A stretch of DNA of 64,000 nucleotides, from contig OZ316897.1 in assembly GCA_973895155.1 (NCBI GenBank), positions 21,551,455 to 21,615,454 on the forward strand, read 5' to 3'. The translations under genes were made by a program, and so were the position numbers. Numbering within the stretch: position 1 is the first letter of the stretch; each line of letters starts with the position of its first letter. The notes under the pieces were generated by a model. The model was not told the DNA's origin, ran no database searches, and saw only the letters and a list, made by a program, of their open reading frames with translations. The DNA comes from Marsupella aquatica (taxonomy: Eukaryota; Plantae; Marchantiophyta). Shown here piece after piece: positions 1 to 13,419 of this stretch.

Positions 1-88
1 TCAATAAGAAGTTAAAATGTCGTTTCATCCAAAGAGCTGATCCTAGACTGTGTAAGAACTGGATCTAAAGATTGAGGATTTTGCTTAC

Positions 89-1790
89 ATGCAATACATC
101 AGAAGCCTTGTGCCAATTTCCCATGCCCTGACCGGGCTGTCATCGTGGCTTTCGAAAGATATCTTTCTGTTTCACATGTCAAATACAACCATCATCAACT
201 GCATATTTTGGTCAATTGGTTTCTTGGCAAATCAGACTCTGGAAAAACTTCGGCTAGAGCAAGTGAGTGAAGGTGACATACTTGGGCAAACACATCTTGT
301 GAAATGCCTTTGGGCACCTCCGACATTTTGTGAGTTTCATCGAGTTGTTAGCAGTTTCCCCTTCACTTTTTCCACACCTTCTGCAATTGTGCGCCGGACA
401 GCAAAATCCATCCCCTTCCGTCACAGATCTAATGAAATCACTCCGATTTTTTATTGTTCCTTCCTGTTCTTTCCACTGCCCTAAACAGTCTAGGTGATAG
501 AATCGCCCACAAAGGGCAACATCGCAAATAAATACCTGGAAGAAATTCAGTGTGAGAAGGAACAAAGTGACCAGGTAAATTCGCTTCAGCCATGACTCGC
601 ACGTACTATAGCATAATTCTGCACTGGGCAGGCTTCAGAACTCACAAAATCAATCAAAAACCAGCAATATGGAGAGAAGAATTGTAATGCAAATGAAATA
701 GACCGTCATGACGGAGTCTAACTACGCGTCATATATACCATAGTCCCGTTACCTCCATTTCTTTTCCCTCGCTCCTTCCTAGGAGACCACATATAAAGCA
801 TTGTTGTTGCCCGTATTGACAGTTCAGGCAATACCAACTCTCCATTTCCTGCGTTCATAGGTCAATGTTGACAAAACTACCACAGAGGCATCTGGAACTC
901 AAGCAAAAATGTAAAATTATGAGCCAAATTGAAATTGCCAACAATGACCTCATAATCTTCCGCTTGTAATCCAAGTGATCTGCATTGGGATTCGGATTCT
1001 GCGGTAGAGTCCTTGGATGCATGAAAGGAACGCATGCAAGGACCGTCACAACTGCCACACCACCAGTATTTCTTTAAAAGTCAACAAGGTCTCAAATGTC
1101 GTAAATCCTCTTAGCATAGAATCAACTTCACCAGACACAAGCTTGGGACGACTGAGTATTTCAAAGTAAACACAGTGCTTTGCTAGTGAACAACATCAGG
1201 TGGAAAGTATACATGAGCAGGTGACCGCCATCATCACAAATGGCACAGAAGGCTGAAACATCATCATTATGATCATCATGGTAATCGATTTCACCAAGCT
1301 CGTCAAACTGACCGCCATAAACTTCTGCAATGTCGTGAAACTCGTGCTCTCCTTCGTATTGGCTGTCGCCTGAAATCCCCCTTTACAAGCAATAGGAACA
1401 AATATGATCATCTCTAACTTCTTAGAATCAGGTCACCGCAATATCCAGTGTACTCGAATATTAGTTTTCATGTTTAATCCATCCGTCTATACAACCTACT
1501 CAATAGACTCCACTTTACTGTTCTCTTCAATGGCGTCAAATTTGAGAGAAAGCATACCTGAAAGGATCTGCATCCTTACTAGAGGTAGGGAAAACGATCG
1601 AATCCATTTTACAGTCCACGAATCCCGAGTCAGAGGGCTGATCATCTGACCCAGGTTCTGTATCAGAATTAGATTCCACTAGAAATCTTCGTCTCTTTGC
1701 TGCCGGTTTGAATGCTGAGATTTGTGTCCCTTCCATATCCGTCTCATCCAAACAATCAGGTGGATCACAGTCCATAACCTCCTGCTAGTC
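89..1790 (-). CDS. EDM2: EDM2-like (ENHANCED DOWNY MILDEW 2 family) PHD-finger chromatin protein, partial; continues beyond window start, and the 5' exons (possibly up to ~3450) are unresolved
   Basis: GT-AG exons read by hand: ~1790-1558, 1380-1213 (FCAICDDGGHLL), 1051-949 (ICDGPCMRSFHASKDS..CRSLGL), 848-753 (WYCLNCQYGQQQCFICGLLG), 535-282 (VFICDVALCGRFYHLDCL..FCCPAHNCRRC..KCRRCPKAFHKMCLP) and 166-89 (KISFE..VRAWE..RLLMYC). Order and motifs match the EDM2 atypical PHD cluster and the following ISFE/RAW/LIYC motif. Orthology versus paralogy is not established. Confidence 0.85.
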
Positions 1791-4700
1791 TTCCATGGAA
1801 AACACTGCTTCCAAACTGAGGCGTTTGGAGTGGAGAGGACCCTGCGAATGCACCCGGCACAAGAATTCAGAGATAAAATAACAAACCTCAGAATGCATCC
1901 TGCATATGATGATGAGAAGCTAATCATAGGACGACCAGTAATTGGGTGTAAACCGATCCGACAGATTACAAAGCTCCAGGATTTCACGACGTGGAGCTTT
2001 CAGAAGTGATACCTGCACTCGTCACACGGAATGCCCCGATTTGTAGAGAAAAGGTCATCCTTGGTACGTGTCCAAAAAAGAGAAAGAGGTATCGATTCTA
2101 CCAAGGAGTACTACCGCATCGCCGGTGATACGTACCACACAGTCTGCATTGAGCAAATTCCAGACTATTCTGTCAATTGGTACAGCAAGAAGTTTTAGCC
2201 ATTGTTGACAAGAACTACCGTCAGCTTCACATATAATTCATGTCACACGCCAGCGAAATTCGCTCATGGTCGAGACTAGACATCCTAAAATTATGAAGGA
2301 TCCTAATCCTAATCCTCAATTAGTTGCGGAATGTAGTTCATGACAGTCACCTGAAAGATAGTTGCGGATCCGTTCACTGCTCATTTGTGGAAAGTCTTGA
2401 GCTCAACATCACACATCTGCCATGGCATCACAGTGGTCAGTAGCGGTCGCATGTGGAAGAGGCTCATGGAAGACCTTGGAGACGAACAGACAGAAATATG
2501 ATTTAGTCAAATTCCAATTTCGATTGGACAAATGGTTGGAAAGTTTTGAGCTCTTCATTTTCTTATGTCACCAAAAAAATAGGAGCTCTTGACTCAGTTA
2601 TTCTGTAGGTTGCTAGTGGCTTCGACGGGCTGAATCTTTCAGTTTCTGAAATAACAGAGCGCATTCGGATAGAGGGATGGAAACTTTAATTGGATCCTCT
2701 TTTTGGTCACTAAACGGAAGACATTTAGTTGATTGAGGAACCAACAAATGACCAGCTTTCGAAGCAATGATTAGAACATTGAGTCGTACTTTCTACGACA
2801 ACCCGACGGAGGATTGAAAGAACTGATCGTCCAAGAAGAACAGCGAAAAGAACATACAGAATTCAAAATTACCTCACTCCTCAACGGAAAAGGCAATGGG
2901 CAGTAAAGAGCCTGCCACCAGCACAAAACATGAAACTCCCACGAACCTCCTCCAGTCCAACCTCCGACGACGATGAAGAGGCGGCTCCCAATTCCAAATC
3001 ATAATAAGTACGTGCAGCCTGTACTGAAAACTTCAGAACGCATTCCAACGAAACTGTCTGCCTAAGCTTATCCACCGACGCAACGCCTTCAGCTTCTATC
3101 GAATTTTCTTCCCAGACAACCTCAGACAATCCTGAATGGCTCTCGCTTCGAAATCAGACTAGCTTAGCCTCAGACCCCTCTACGGCCACATGAAAAAGCG
3201 CCATAGAATGTTCAATGCACGTCAATCAACTACGAATCTACGACGGCATTTTTCATCATGACTGAACCAAAGTGCACTTCCATTCATAATGAGCCAAACT
3301 TCAGTCCACGTCGCGAAAATGAGGTCGCGTTGTAATAATAATCGGTGACCATATTTTGCGTCTGGATATCAATTCGCTGACCGATCTTGCGGAATTTCCG
3401 TGACCCTGTCTGATCATCATCATGGCATTGCTCTCCTGGGCCGCCAATTGCTCGTACACTATTATATTAAATCTGGGGAAGAGCGAGAGATGTTGTTTAC
3501 TGAGTGCGTTTCGCATGATGACTGGAGGAATCCAGATTCCAGAGCCAACAGCAGCTGAAAGGGTGGGGAGACGAGCTGACGAGAGAGGAGAGGAGAGGAA
3601 AGCTGGAATTGAAATTTTGGAAAGGAGAGGAGATTGTGCGAATGAATGCCATTGGGCATTGGCCGTAGCAGCCGTACACCATTAATTGGTTTCACGACCG
3701 GGTACTGAAAACAATTGCTAACGTTTTTTCAAATCTACGTTGCGCCAAGTTTATACCGTGTAGACTACAGTGTACCATGGATAAGTGCAGCGAAGCCAGA
3801 AAGGCTCTTCCTTCCTTGAGTATATCCATGTCTGAACAAGAACAAACCTAAGGAAATATTTAAGTTTTTGGGGAGCATTACCGAAGATATAATAAACGGG
3901 GATATAAACGGGTGAGCTTCTCGAGCAGTAGTGAGAGTGTATAACTGCATTCCATGTGTAACTGCAGGGTGACAGTGTAGTCCCTCGATAATACACGGAA
4001 AATTACTTTGTAAATAAAACCAAAAAATGCACACTCAGTGTGTCTGTAAGTACAGGTTGCCATCACTAAACGACGTATATAAGTGCATTTTTTTGTCTAT
4101 AAGGTAGAGATGAATCAATCAATGACTGCAACATATATATTAGAAGCGTTATTGATAAGTGCAGTGGACAACTATACATTGTAGTTTCATGTACTTAGCT
4201 GGTTAAATTGTGCACTCCAAGGATTCTGGGTATGAGAAGTCTATGTTTATGACCGGACAAGACATTTGTGGAAGTGCATAAGTGATTTCATAGGCACTTT
4301 TTGGAAATTGCAACAGACATTTGGAGAAGTGCAACATGCACTTATGATGAAGTGCATAACGTGAATAACTGCAGGCTTGGGGTGTTTTCCCAGGAGCCGG
4401 GAGCCTGCACTTAGACTGGTAGACTGTACACTCTTTACAAGTTTAGTCACACATACTAATTAGGGGTAGCCATTGAATTTTCCTACAAGTAACATTATTT
4501 TCATGCAAGTGACACTATACCATATTAGTGTATGACACTAATTTCAACCACCCACCCCAAATATAACCTCACTCCAGTGTGTGTGACTAAATACTATAAA
4601 GAGTGTGCCTGCAACCTCACCACGGAGTATACCAGACTAATTATCAATTTTAGTATTGGTCTTCTTGTTATTTGCTACAAGCTTCCACTAGCCTGAAGCC

Positions 4701-6927
4701 AGGAGAAAACATCTTCAGCATCAACTATCAACTTGTAAGTTGATTGCTTCACTAAGTCTACCCAAATTTACATTGAATTTGACGAGGATGATGAAGACAC
4801 TAATTTAAGTCCTAACAATCTACCAGAACCTGAGGTACGAGTGTATTGTCATGCTAGCTACTGTCTTATAATGTTGTATAATATAGGATCCACTATTTCA
4901 GAGATATCATGCGTATGTAAAAGACTAATTAAGACACCTAGTTTGCTACATAGTTTGCAAGATAAAGAGAAAAGATTGAGAGCATTCCTATTCCTAAAAT
5001 ATAGATCAGACAAAAAAACAAGTCTTCAATAGAATCCATGTTGGTTCGCTTTCATGAACTTAGCTTTGTCCTTATTAGTAATGTCTATGTCTGTATCTAG
5101 AGTTAGGATCTAGAGGTTTCACTCTAGTAGGAGCCTAGACCCATATTCTAGCTTCTTATTTGCAATTTATTAGTAAGATTACAAAAGGTAGAAGTTGTAT
5201 GTTTTTTTTAGGCAGAAAAAAAGGTACAAGATATGTTCACATTTTGCAATGCTATCCACAATGATGAGCACAATCCCAGACTAATCAATCATCCAATTCA
5301 GTGTTGGTCTTGTTGTTTTTTATAAGCTTCCATTACAAAAGGTAAAGGACATGAAAATGATACTATCTATTCACATTTTGGAATGTTATCTACAATGATG
5401 AGCACATCCACATTGGTACAGAGTTTGTTAAACATTTATCATCCTAGCATGAGTACGTAGCCTAGTGATAAAAGATTTTGTTATTGCAAGTGAGATTCTG
5501 AATTCAAACTTCATCAGTCTAGCACTTTAGCACAAATCCTCACCCCAAAATGTGGTTTGTCAAAACTCCTGCATCTAAAAGCGTGACCCAATGAACTGTA
5601 AGAAATGAGTTTCCCAAGAACAATAGATCTGAATATTTTAGTGCTCCATGGCATTTTGTTTATAGTTGTAACTATGGATATGAATAGGATAATGTCCTGG
5701 TCAGAGGTGAATTTTTGCCCTCTTCTATTCTTTGTGTGAGAGAGCCCCCAAACTTGCTGCTCCCCCCCCCCCCAAAAAAAAAGTGTTTCCCCCTGGGAAA
5801 TGATGATCTGAATGTTCCGGTAATATATAGTGCCTTGTCCCGGTTAACAAATTGTGTTGGACCCAAGCTTCCCTTGACCTCTGTCTACTCCAAACTTTTA
5901 TTGCAAAATGTCATTCTAGTTTCATTCGAAATTAATGATTCAAACTGGTGAATTGGTTCCATGTGGCGGGGGAGGAGAGGGGGCTCACACTCCCAAAACA
6001 ACAAAAATTCTGGGATTGCTCACCTTGATTGTGACTTCACTTGCAGGGGGATGGCCAAGCTCACCAAAGATTTGGGGCATTCTGGTAGTTGGGAAGTACT
6101 TGCAAATGGAACTTACAGAAGGAACAGGGCCCTGATGAGAGCCGTATTCCATGCCTGCAGCCCCCCCTTCCAACTTGTGTGCCTTCAACAAGTATTCCAG
6201 TAGGGGGTCTCAAATATTCATCCATTTTGCTCTTCCACAGGATAGGGGCTCTGTCTGGAACGTGACCTATTGATGACTTCAAGATTTTTTGAGTTGATTT
6301 TTTTCAGTCTCAGTGCTCTTGCTTTTTTTCAGTATTCATCCATTGTGGGTGAATATTCATTTTTCAGTCTCATGATCCAATAAAATGTATGGTTTCCATT
6401 AATTGACTACCTTAGGGCTAGGCTTGGGGTTGTAGAGTCAACTACATAACTTTTGGCAGATTTGCACTCCCAAGTGTGGTCAACATGAGGGGCTAAGCTT
6501 TTGTCTTACTGTGTGCACTCAGTGGAAAAACAACTGATGGGCTATCTAGCTTAAATTTGCTCACTACATTGCAGGGTATTCCTCAGCTAGTGAGCTCTAG
6601 AGAGAAACAGTAGTCCTTCCTTCCATATGCCTTCAGGGACAAACACGGGGTGACTCAAGGAAACAAAGGTGCCATATATGGTTATTGTTACAAAACAAAT
6701 TTAAAAAATTGCTGAGAAATGATAGTAAATGCACTCAGGCATACGCTTGCATGGGAGGTTCAGAGGGGCTTCAAGCTTAGATCTGACTGCACATTACAAT
6801 TATGTGGCAAACATCAACATTAACAGACTACATTAACATCCATTTTCCACCCCACTTGCCTGGGCAAATAGATTCAGAGGCTATATCCAACAAATTTTCG
6901 AGACTATGTAGTCCTCCTGGTGGGGAT

Positions 6928-7590
6928 GCTCTAGACTGATAATAAGTTAGATGGTCATAGCTTTCTGTGAAGTCCTTGGGCACTAAAGAAAATGCATTAT
7001 GTTGTAGTCCCCTCCCCACCCCAACCCCCACCACATCGCCCCTTGAGTAGCGCTTTTGACGGCCCAGATGTTGGAACCCCTACAACCCCTAGCACTCTCA
7101 CAGCCGATCTTATCATTGGACCAAGACGTGGGAGTGTCACCGAGCTGGGCACGGTTGCTCTAATAATAAGTTAGATGGTCATAGCTTTGTGTGAAGTCCT
7201 TGGGCACTAAAGAAAATGCACCATGTTGTAGTCCCACCCCACCCCCACCCCTACCACATCGCCCCTTGGGGAGCGCTTTCGACGGCCCAGATGTTGGAAC
7301 CCCTACAATCCGCAGCACTCGTCTTATCATTGGACGGAGAAGTGGGAGTGTATCACAGAGCCGGGCAGGGTTGCTCTAATAATAAGTTAGATGGTCATAG
7401 CTGTTGTGTAAAGCCCTTGGGCACTAAAGAAAATGCACCATGTTGTAGTCCCAGCCCACCCCACCCCTACCCCCACCACATCGCCCCTTGGGAAGCGCTT
7501 TCGACGGCCCAGATGTTGGAACCCCCACCATCTGCAGCACTCTCACCGCCGATCTTCTTGTTGGACGGAGACGTGGGAGTGTATCACCGG
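6928..7590. repeat. Tandem repeat, 3 copies of ~220 bp
   Basis: Unit starting TAATAAGTTAGATGGTCATAGCT..CCTTGGGCACTAAAGAAAATGCA..GACGGCCCAGATGTTGGAACCC recurs at ~6940, ~7163 and ~7380. Confidence 0.95.
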
Positions 7591-7646
7591 GCGAAGAGTG
7601 AGACTGTCATACGGCAATGTAAAAGCAACCGCAGCAGTCGTTGCGT

Positions 7647-7690
7647 TGCACTGCTTGATGCACTGCTTGATGCACTGCTTGATGCACTGC
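7647..7690. repeat. 12-bp minisatellite (TGCACTGCTTGA) x~3.7
   Basis: Directly visible; gives LLDA/CLMH repeats in the ORF track. Confidence 0.9.
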
Positions 7691-7758
7691 TCCTGCGAAT
7701 CACACTCAGAAACTTCGTCCTCCACCTTCACTAGATTTAACGCTGCACATTGGCGCTG

Positions 7759-7921
7759 TGGGAGGTGGTCTTGCAGTTGAGGTTTACAGCATTTGAGGAG
7801 GAGGGCTGGAGAATTGAACGGGGCTGGATTGCAAGAACGAGTGGGAGGTGGTCTTGCAATTGAGGTTGACAGCATTTGAGGAGGAGCTAGAGAATTGAAC
7901 GGGGCTGGATTGCAAGAACGA
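7759..7921. repeat. Tandem duplication of ~82 bp just upstream of the cupin start codon
   Basis: GTGGGAGGTGGTCTTGCA..GAGAATTGAACGGGGCTGGATTGCAAGAACGA occurs twice, at ~7759 and ~7841. Confidence 0.9.
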
Positions 7922-7988
7922 GACAGAATCGAAGGGAGTGCGTGTGAAGGTGTTCTGTGCTTCCCATCTAGAGGGTCCGAGAGCGAGA

Positions 7989-9814
7989 ATGGGTGTACAG
8001 AAGTTGATACAGGCTCTCAATCTGCAGCCGCATCCGGAGGGAGGCTTCTATGCTGAAACTTTTCGGGATGACTCTGTGAAGCTCGAGACGGCTTCTCTTC
8101 CGTCTCACTGTAAGCGTCCGTCCTCTCACCCGCTTTGGAAATTATGTGGGGAATTACCTCTAGAATGATTGAATAGAATTCAATTCGTAGGAATTCTATT
8201 GCCCCTGTAGATTCTTGGAAATCTGTTCTTCCACACCGGAATGCGATCATGTAGCATGGAGCTATGGAGGCCGGAATGTCAAGTGACGATCCCATCCAGC
8301 TAGTAGGGCTTTGAGTTTCGTCGCCTCCATCAGCAGATCTGGATGATTTGAAATGCGAAAGTGGAACACTGTTGGGGCGTAGTTCACATTTCTGAAGATA
8401 TTGGACTGTGAGAGTCCTTGGCGTACATGGCTGAATTCAACCCGGAGAAATTGGTTTCAGATAAAATGGTACTTGTTTGGTCAAGGAGCTTCGGCTACGA
8501 TTAGAAAAGTTACCGCTCTTTATGATTTGCTGAAGCACGAGACGGTACCCACCTCACGTCATTCGAGCATACACTCACAGCCTCCTTAGATGACCTGGAT
8601 CGGAACTTGTGGTTTCGCAGTCAAGGTCGGGAGATCCGTCAGCACTGCCATCTACTTCTTACTGCCAACTGGATCGAAGTCGAGGATGCACATCATTCCA
8701 TCGGCCGAAGTTTGGCATTTCTACAGCGGCGAGCCACTGACGGTAATCTTTGTTATTCCTTTCTTGCCACTCCTGTCAAACTAGATTATGTCATCCAGAT
8801 ATGTTCGATCGTAGAAAAGACCTGAATTTAGTGGTATGGAAGGCTTCTCTGGGACTGAGGAACAATTCTTCAAATGTAAAGTTGCCAAAGTCAAGGAACC
8901 AACTCAGCCCACATTCCGTGAAGTTCTTAGAGGTGAATGAAGGTGCGGGTTCAAAATCTTCGACCATACGTCAAAGATACTATGCAATTGGTTGTCTGAA
9001 GCAGTCATCCTCGCACCTAGTAAGCTGTTGTTTGTACAGCCGAATCCCGGTAGTCTGAATCTTAGCTCGTGCCAACGTAGGACCTGACCTTTCCTTCATA
9101 GATTATATTCTATCTCTCAAGGTAGTTTCTCGTTGCACAGTTATGGAATTGGGTCGTTTGGAAGGGGGATAGGTCTTGGGTCAACTTGTTTAGAGCAATG
9201 CTGGGACGGATCTGGGGTCCTAGGGCCGCCATAGCTGTAATCGCTCTTAAGTTAGCATGCTAGCCTCAGTTAAAGAAGGAATTGCTCTTTCATGGCAGAA
9301 AGGAAGAAAGAAATGCTGAATCGGATGGCTGTGTACAGAATCTAGATATGATGGGTGTTGATATCCTTTCGTTAGTTGTAATACAGCTCTCGAGGAATCT
9401 GAGATGCAGATTCTATCTCTGGCTTGGCTTGGACAGTCTCAGAGGCTAAAAGCCCCTGCTAATAGTTACACAGTGTTTGCTGTTGCGACACAGGTACTTC
9501 AGGTGGATCAGAATGGTAATGTAAAACACACACTTCTCGGTCACGATATTGAAGCCGGTCAAGTGCCTCAATATGTCGTTCCCCCGCGAGTATGGTTTGG
9601 AGCTTACCCAACAAAGGACTACAAAGTGGATGTCAAGGGTGGGACGATTGAAACATTACCTGTAAGGGATCCGGAGCAATGTTATTCCCTGGTGGGTTGT
9701 ACAGTGGCTCCAGGTTTTCAGTTTGAGGACTTCGAGATGGCTAAGCGATCAAATCTTATTAGTCTCTACCCACAAGCAAAATCAGCCATTGAGCTGTTAA
9801 CTGACCCAGAGTAG
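7989..9814 (+). CDS. DUF985 / Cupin_5 (RmlC-like cupin) family protein, 3 exons
   Basis: Exons 7989-8109 (MGVQKLIQALNLQPHPEGGFYAETFRD), 8621-8742 (RSVSTAIYFLL..H..SAEVWHFYSGEPL) and 9494-9814 (LLGHDIEAGQVPQYVVP..WFGA..YSLVGCTVAPGFQFEDFE). Splice sites are canonical and phase-consistent. Confidence 0.95.
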
Positions 9815-10647
9815 TAAACTTAGTTTATAGAGGCAGAACTGCAACCCAATTGTAATAGTCTATGGAAACAAAAACTTTACTCCTGTATCATCTATGTCTG
9901 GAGATGCTGTGGATTTGAATGTTCCTGTCGTCCAAGTTGCGTTCATAGCTGGATCATATTGATGTCGGTTGAGTTGATCATGTACTCATGCATTTACCTG
10001 TTCCTGGTTTATTCATACAATCGTGGAGACATATAACCGTCCGCTTAGCAAAATGCTCTCATCTGGCATTTGTGCCGGTTCAGGTCGTATGTCCACATCT
10101 AGCCCGAGAGTCATTCACAGCTGCAAAATTACATGCTTCGGAGTACATTGCACTGTAGATGGCACTCCATTCCGTATTACACTGGAATAATATATACCGG
10201 TGAAAGCGCTCACCCTTCATCCCAGGAAACATTCCCGCAGAAGTGCTTTATTTGTTCAACTACGTGTTTTCCTTTGAAAGAAACACCTGTTCAATTTCTT
10301 GGCCTGAAGCAAGTAACGATAATTATTTCTTCCGTGCTTCGTAGACAACACCAAGACGTCTGACGTTTCCAAAATACTTTAAAACTGTTTCGCATCAGAG
10401 GGAGTAAGTCTACAGTTAGAATCCTGCCCAAGTGAACGGAAAGTTGCGAAAAAAACACGCTGGATGACTTAACCAGTGAGATCAGTAAACACTTCTGACC
10501 TCAAGCCACTTCAACTGAATCATTTCTCTGATGCTTTCCCCCTTTCCCCATTGGTCGCTTCTGCCCACCAGAGGGACGACGACTATTTGTGATGCAGCTT
10601 GATCTACTCTGGTAAGAAAATTTAACACACACCAGTTGGGGTGGCTG

Positions 10648-13105
10648 TCATGGTATATCCAAGTCTCTCGTACTGCTGGGCCTTAAAGTGGCTCGTGGAG
10701 CACTAACCCAGGGGGTATCGGCAATAGCAAAGCGCCATAATGCTGCAACATCCTTTGGCTCAGCATAATCTATGCCAACCCTTGGACCCACCAGTATGTT
10801 TGAAGGAAGAGGAGCATCCAACATCTCAAGACCTCCTGTTACATACCAGCAGCAATCAGCTTGACGATAAGTAGGCTGAAACGAGACTTGTTAGTGGAAG
10901 TAAACAGGCCAGCTGAATAATTGAAAAAACATTATAGACCGTCCCATTTCGGAGGATCTGAGAATTGGACACGGCTCATCGTGTTTACAGGCTGATGCCT
11001 ACAGAGCAACGGATCACCAAAGAACTACAGAATGATCTCCTTACCTTCATTGTAGAGAGGATGCGATGACCATTCTGTTGTCAATCCTAGAGCCTGTCCA
11101 ACCTTTCCTAGACATGAACGCCGTTTGAATCAGTTTACCATATTGGTGCGGAAAAGTAGGTGAAACTTGAGGAAGACCTCAGCAACAAGGCAATTGAGCT
11201 TCCTAAAGATCTTTTGCCAGGGAACAACTGTAGGAAACTTATGAAAAAGATGGAACGAATAACACCTGCACAAATTGATCGTGGAAGAATTATTTAATGT
11301 GCTGACCTTTCCTGGTCCCGTAAGAAGCATTGGTTTCGCTGTCACTTGGCCTCTACGAAGCTGTATACTGCTGAGACCTGCACATGTCCTGCCAGATCAT
11401 GAACAGAACAAAATAACTCCTCAAAACCCCTTGAGAACTCTTTTCATGGTATGCGCTCCTACTTGCTCACCAAAAATTTCTGAAGATTCGAAATTTTAAG
11501 GTGAGTAGCAAAATAATAGCAGAGGAGTGTGCGACAAAACTAGACTCCGGAAACGTGTGTAAGTTATCCCTCGTTACAAGCGATCCACACACATTGGTGG
11601 AGTTGGAAATGACAACATGTACATGTTAGGTAATGTCATACCAGCAACAGGAGAACACGCTCTGATAAGAACCGCAGCTCCTACACCAATACTGTCGGCC
11701 ACCACGTTGAGCATAATGTGCAATCCGTAGCATAGGTAAACGTATGCATGACCTCCAGGCCCAAACTTCACAGCAAAAGGCATAGTTAAGCTCCCATTCT
11801 GAACGTCAGTTTACTCACATAATTGACATTGAAGATTCCACAAAAGAAGTGGCAAAAACATGACAGAATCGGAAAGATTCAAAGCCTCACAGGTTTCACC
11901 CCTACTGGCATAGTCCTCTTGCAAACTGATCAACATATTGTTGCCATCAGATCCGCAGCTTCAATGCAGGGAACTCACCAATGGCGCTGTGCGAGATGTT
12001 TGACCAACTCGACCATGGCAAGCTGAGTCTCCGGGTCTGTAAGCTTCAACCTGGAAGAGCAAAACAGCAACGACTTTTCACATATGAGGAAAAACAACCC
12101 CTCCGGAAGAAGCACCTTCGAGAAAGCAGTGGTTTAGAAGTATAGGCCACGCATACAAGGCCAAAAGAAGGAAAAGAAAGTGGAATCTGGAATCAATTGA
12201 CAAGTAAAAGAGAGCACGGCCAGAGCAGAAAGCATATGGCCAGTTAACACCCATCCTCGACCTTCTACGCCAGTATCACTCACAGCTGCAACGCAGACAA
12301 TGGACGCGCATTGGACGCTGAAACAACATGAAAACAAAATCTGAGCCAGTATGACTGGGGATATTACAAAACCAATTTTGAATCTCGACGTGATGGCTGC
12401 ACGTCTTCTTGACCCAATTACAGAAAAAAGACCCCTTTCAACATGAAGTGCCAAAACCTAGCTGCGTCCTGTCCTATGCTGGATCCTACATCAGCAGTCT
12501 AGCATCCATCCATCCTGAGGCGAAGCAAAGGAAGTTACCTCAGTGATTTGTAATATAACATCATCTCGCCGAATTAGCTTGCCTAGAAGCTTTGGAGCCA
12601 ACTCCAGTGCATCACATTCATAAAAGCTAGCGTCCAGTATTTTGTAATCCCCCTGATTGGCAGCTCCGAGACCTCGATTGCTCACCACCACCTCCTTTTC
12701 CACAATCGCAGAGCTCAATCGACTGGACCTTCCCGGCTTAGGTACTTGTGATCCTGTCCCAACCTTGTCTGACCGTTTGGCCCTGGTGGACCTGACCTTC
12801 AGAACAACAGCACGAGAGCCCGGATTCCGGGAGGTACTTTCGTTCCTGAGGTCGTCTTTTCGAATCCCATTCTCATCCTCACAGTCTACTGGTTTACTTC
12901 TCTTCCGCAGAGAATACGAAACCCTCTCTCTCACAGAATCACTCAACGCAAACTCCGACAGTTGTCGAGTCCTCGCTGACTTTCTCCCCATGTCCCCCAT
13001 GTTCACACCCTCGTCTAATGCAACCCAATTGCTCTTCTTGGGAAAGGCTTTTGTGAGTCCTAAAGAAGTTCCCGGATTCACTTTCTTCTGGCTTCTTGCC
13101 GACAT
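10648..13105 (-). CDS. MAG: DNA-3-methyladenine glycosylase (MPG/AAG family), 6 exons
   Basis: Exons 13105-12539 (..[29 protein letters not shown]), 12050-11979 ([14 protein letters not shown]), 11765-11642 ([30 protein letters not shown]), 11377-11307 (LLTGPGK), 11102-11045 (VGQALGL) and 10835-10648 ([24 protein letters not shown]). All introns are GT-AG and in frame. Confidence 0.95.
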
Positions 13106-13264
13106 TCGGTGTCATATTTGTGCTCCCATCGGCATACAATTTTGTCCGGAACCCACTGGAGAGACTCCAACCTAGTCATTCCTCTGCAGTATTTCTCTTT
13201 AATTTCTCCTTCCTCATCGACAAAAATTCACACTTCTTCAATCCTAGGAGGGCCAATTCAGTCT

Positions 13265-13419
13265 GGCATTCGATTAGTCCCATTCTACCTCTTGTATGTT
13301 ACAAAGACTCCCAGATGATCGCAGAAGAACTGCATTCCTGTAGGCATTCGATTAATCCCATTCTACCTCTGTATGTTCCAAAGATTCCCAGATGATCGGA
13401 GAAGAACTGCATTCCTGTA
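13265..13419. repeat. Tandem duplication of ~77 bp in the MAG 5' leader
   Basis: GGCATTCGATTA.TCCCATTCTACCTC..CCCAGATGATCG.AGAAGAACTGCATTCCTGTA occurs twice, at 13265 and 13343. Confidence 0.9.

Noticed and set aside
7191-7875. ORFs of 110-172 aa with LLDA/CLMH/CIKQ repeats
   Set aside because: By-products of the tandem repeats; open in several frames with no protein motif.
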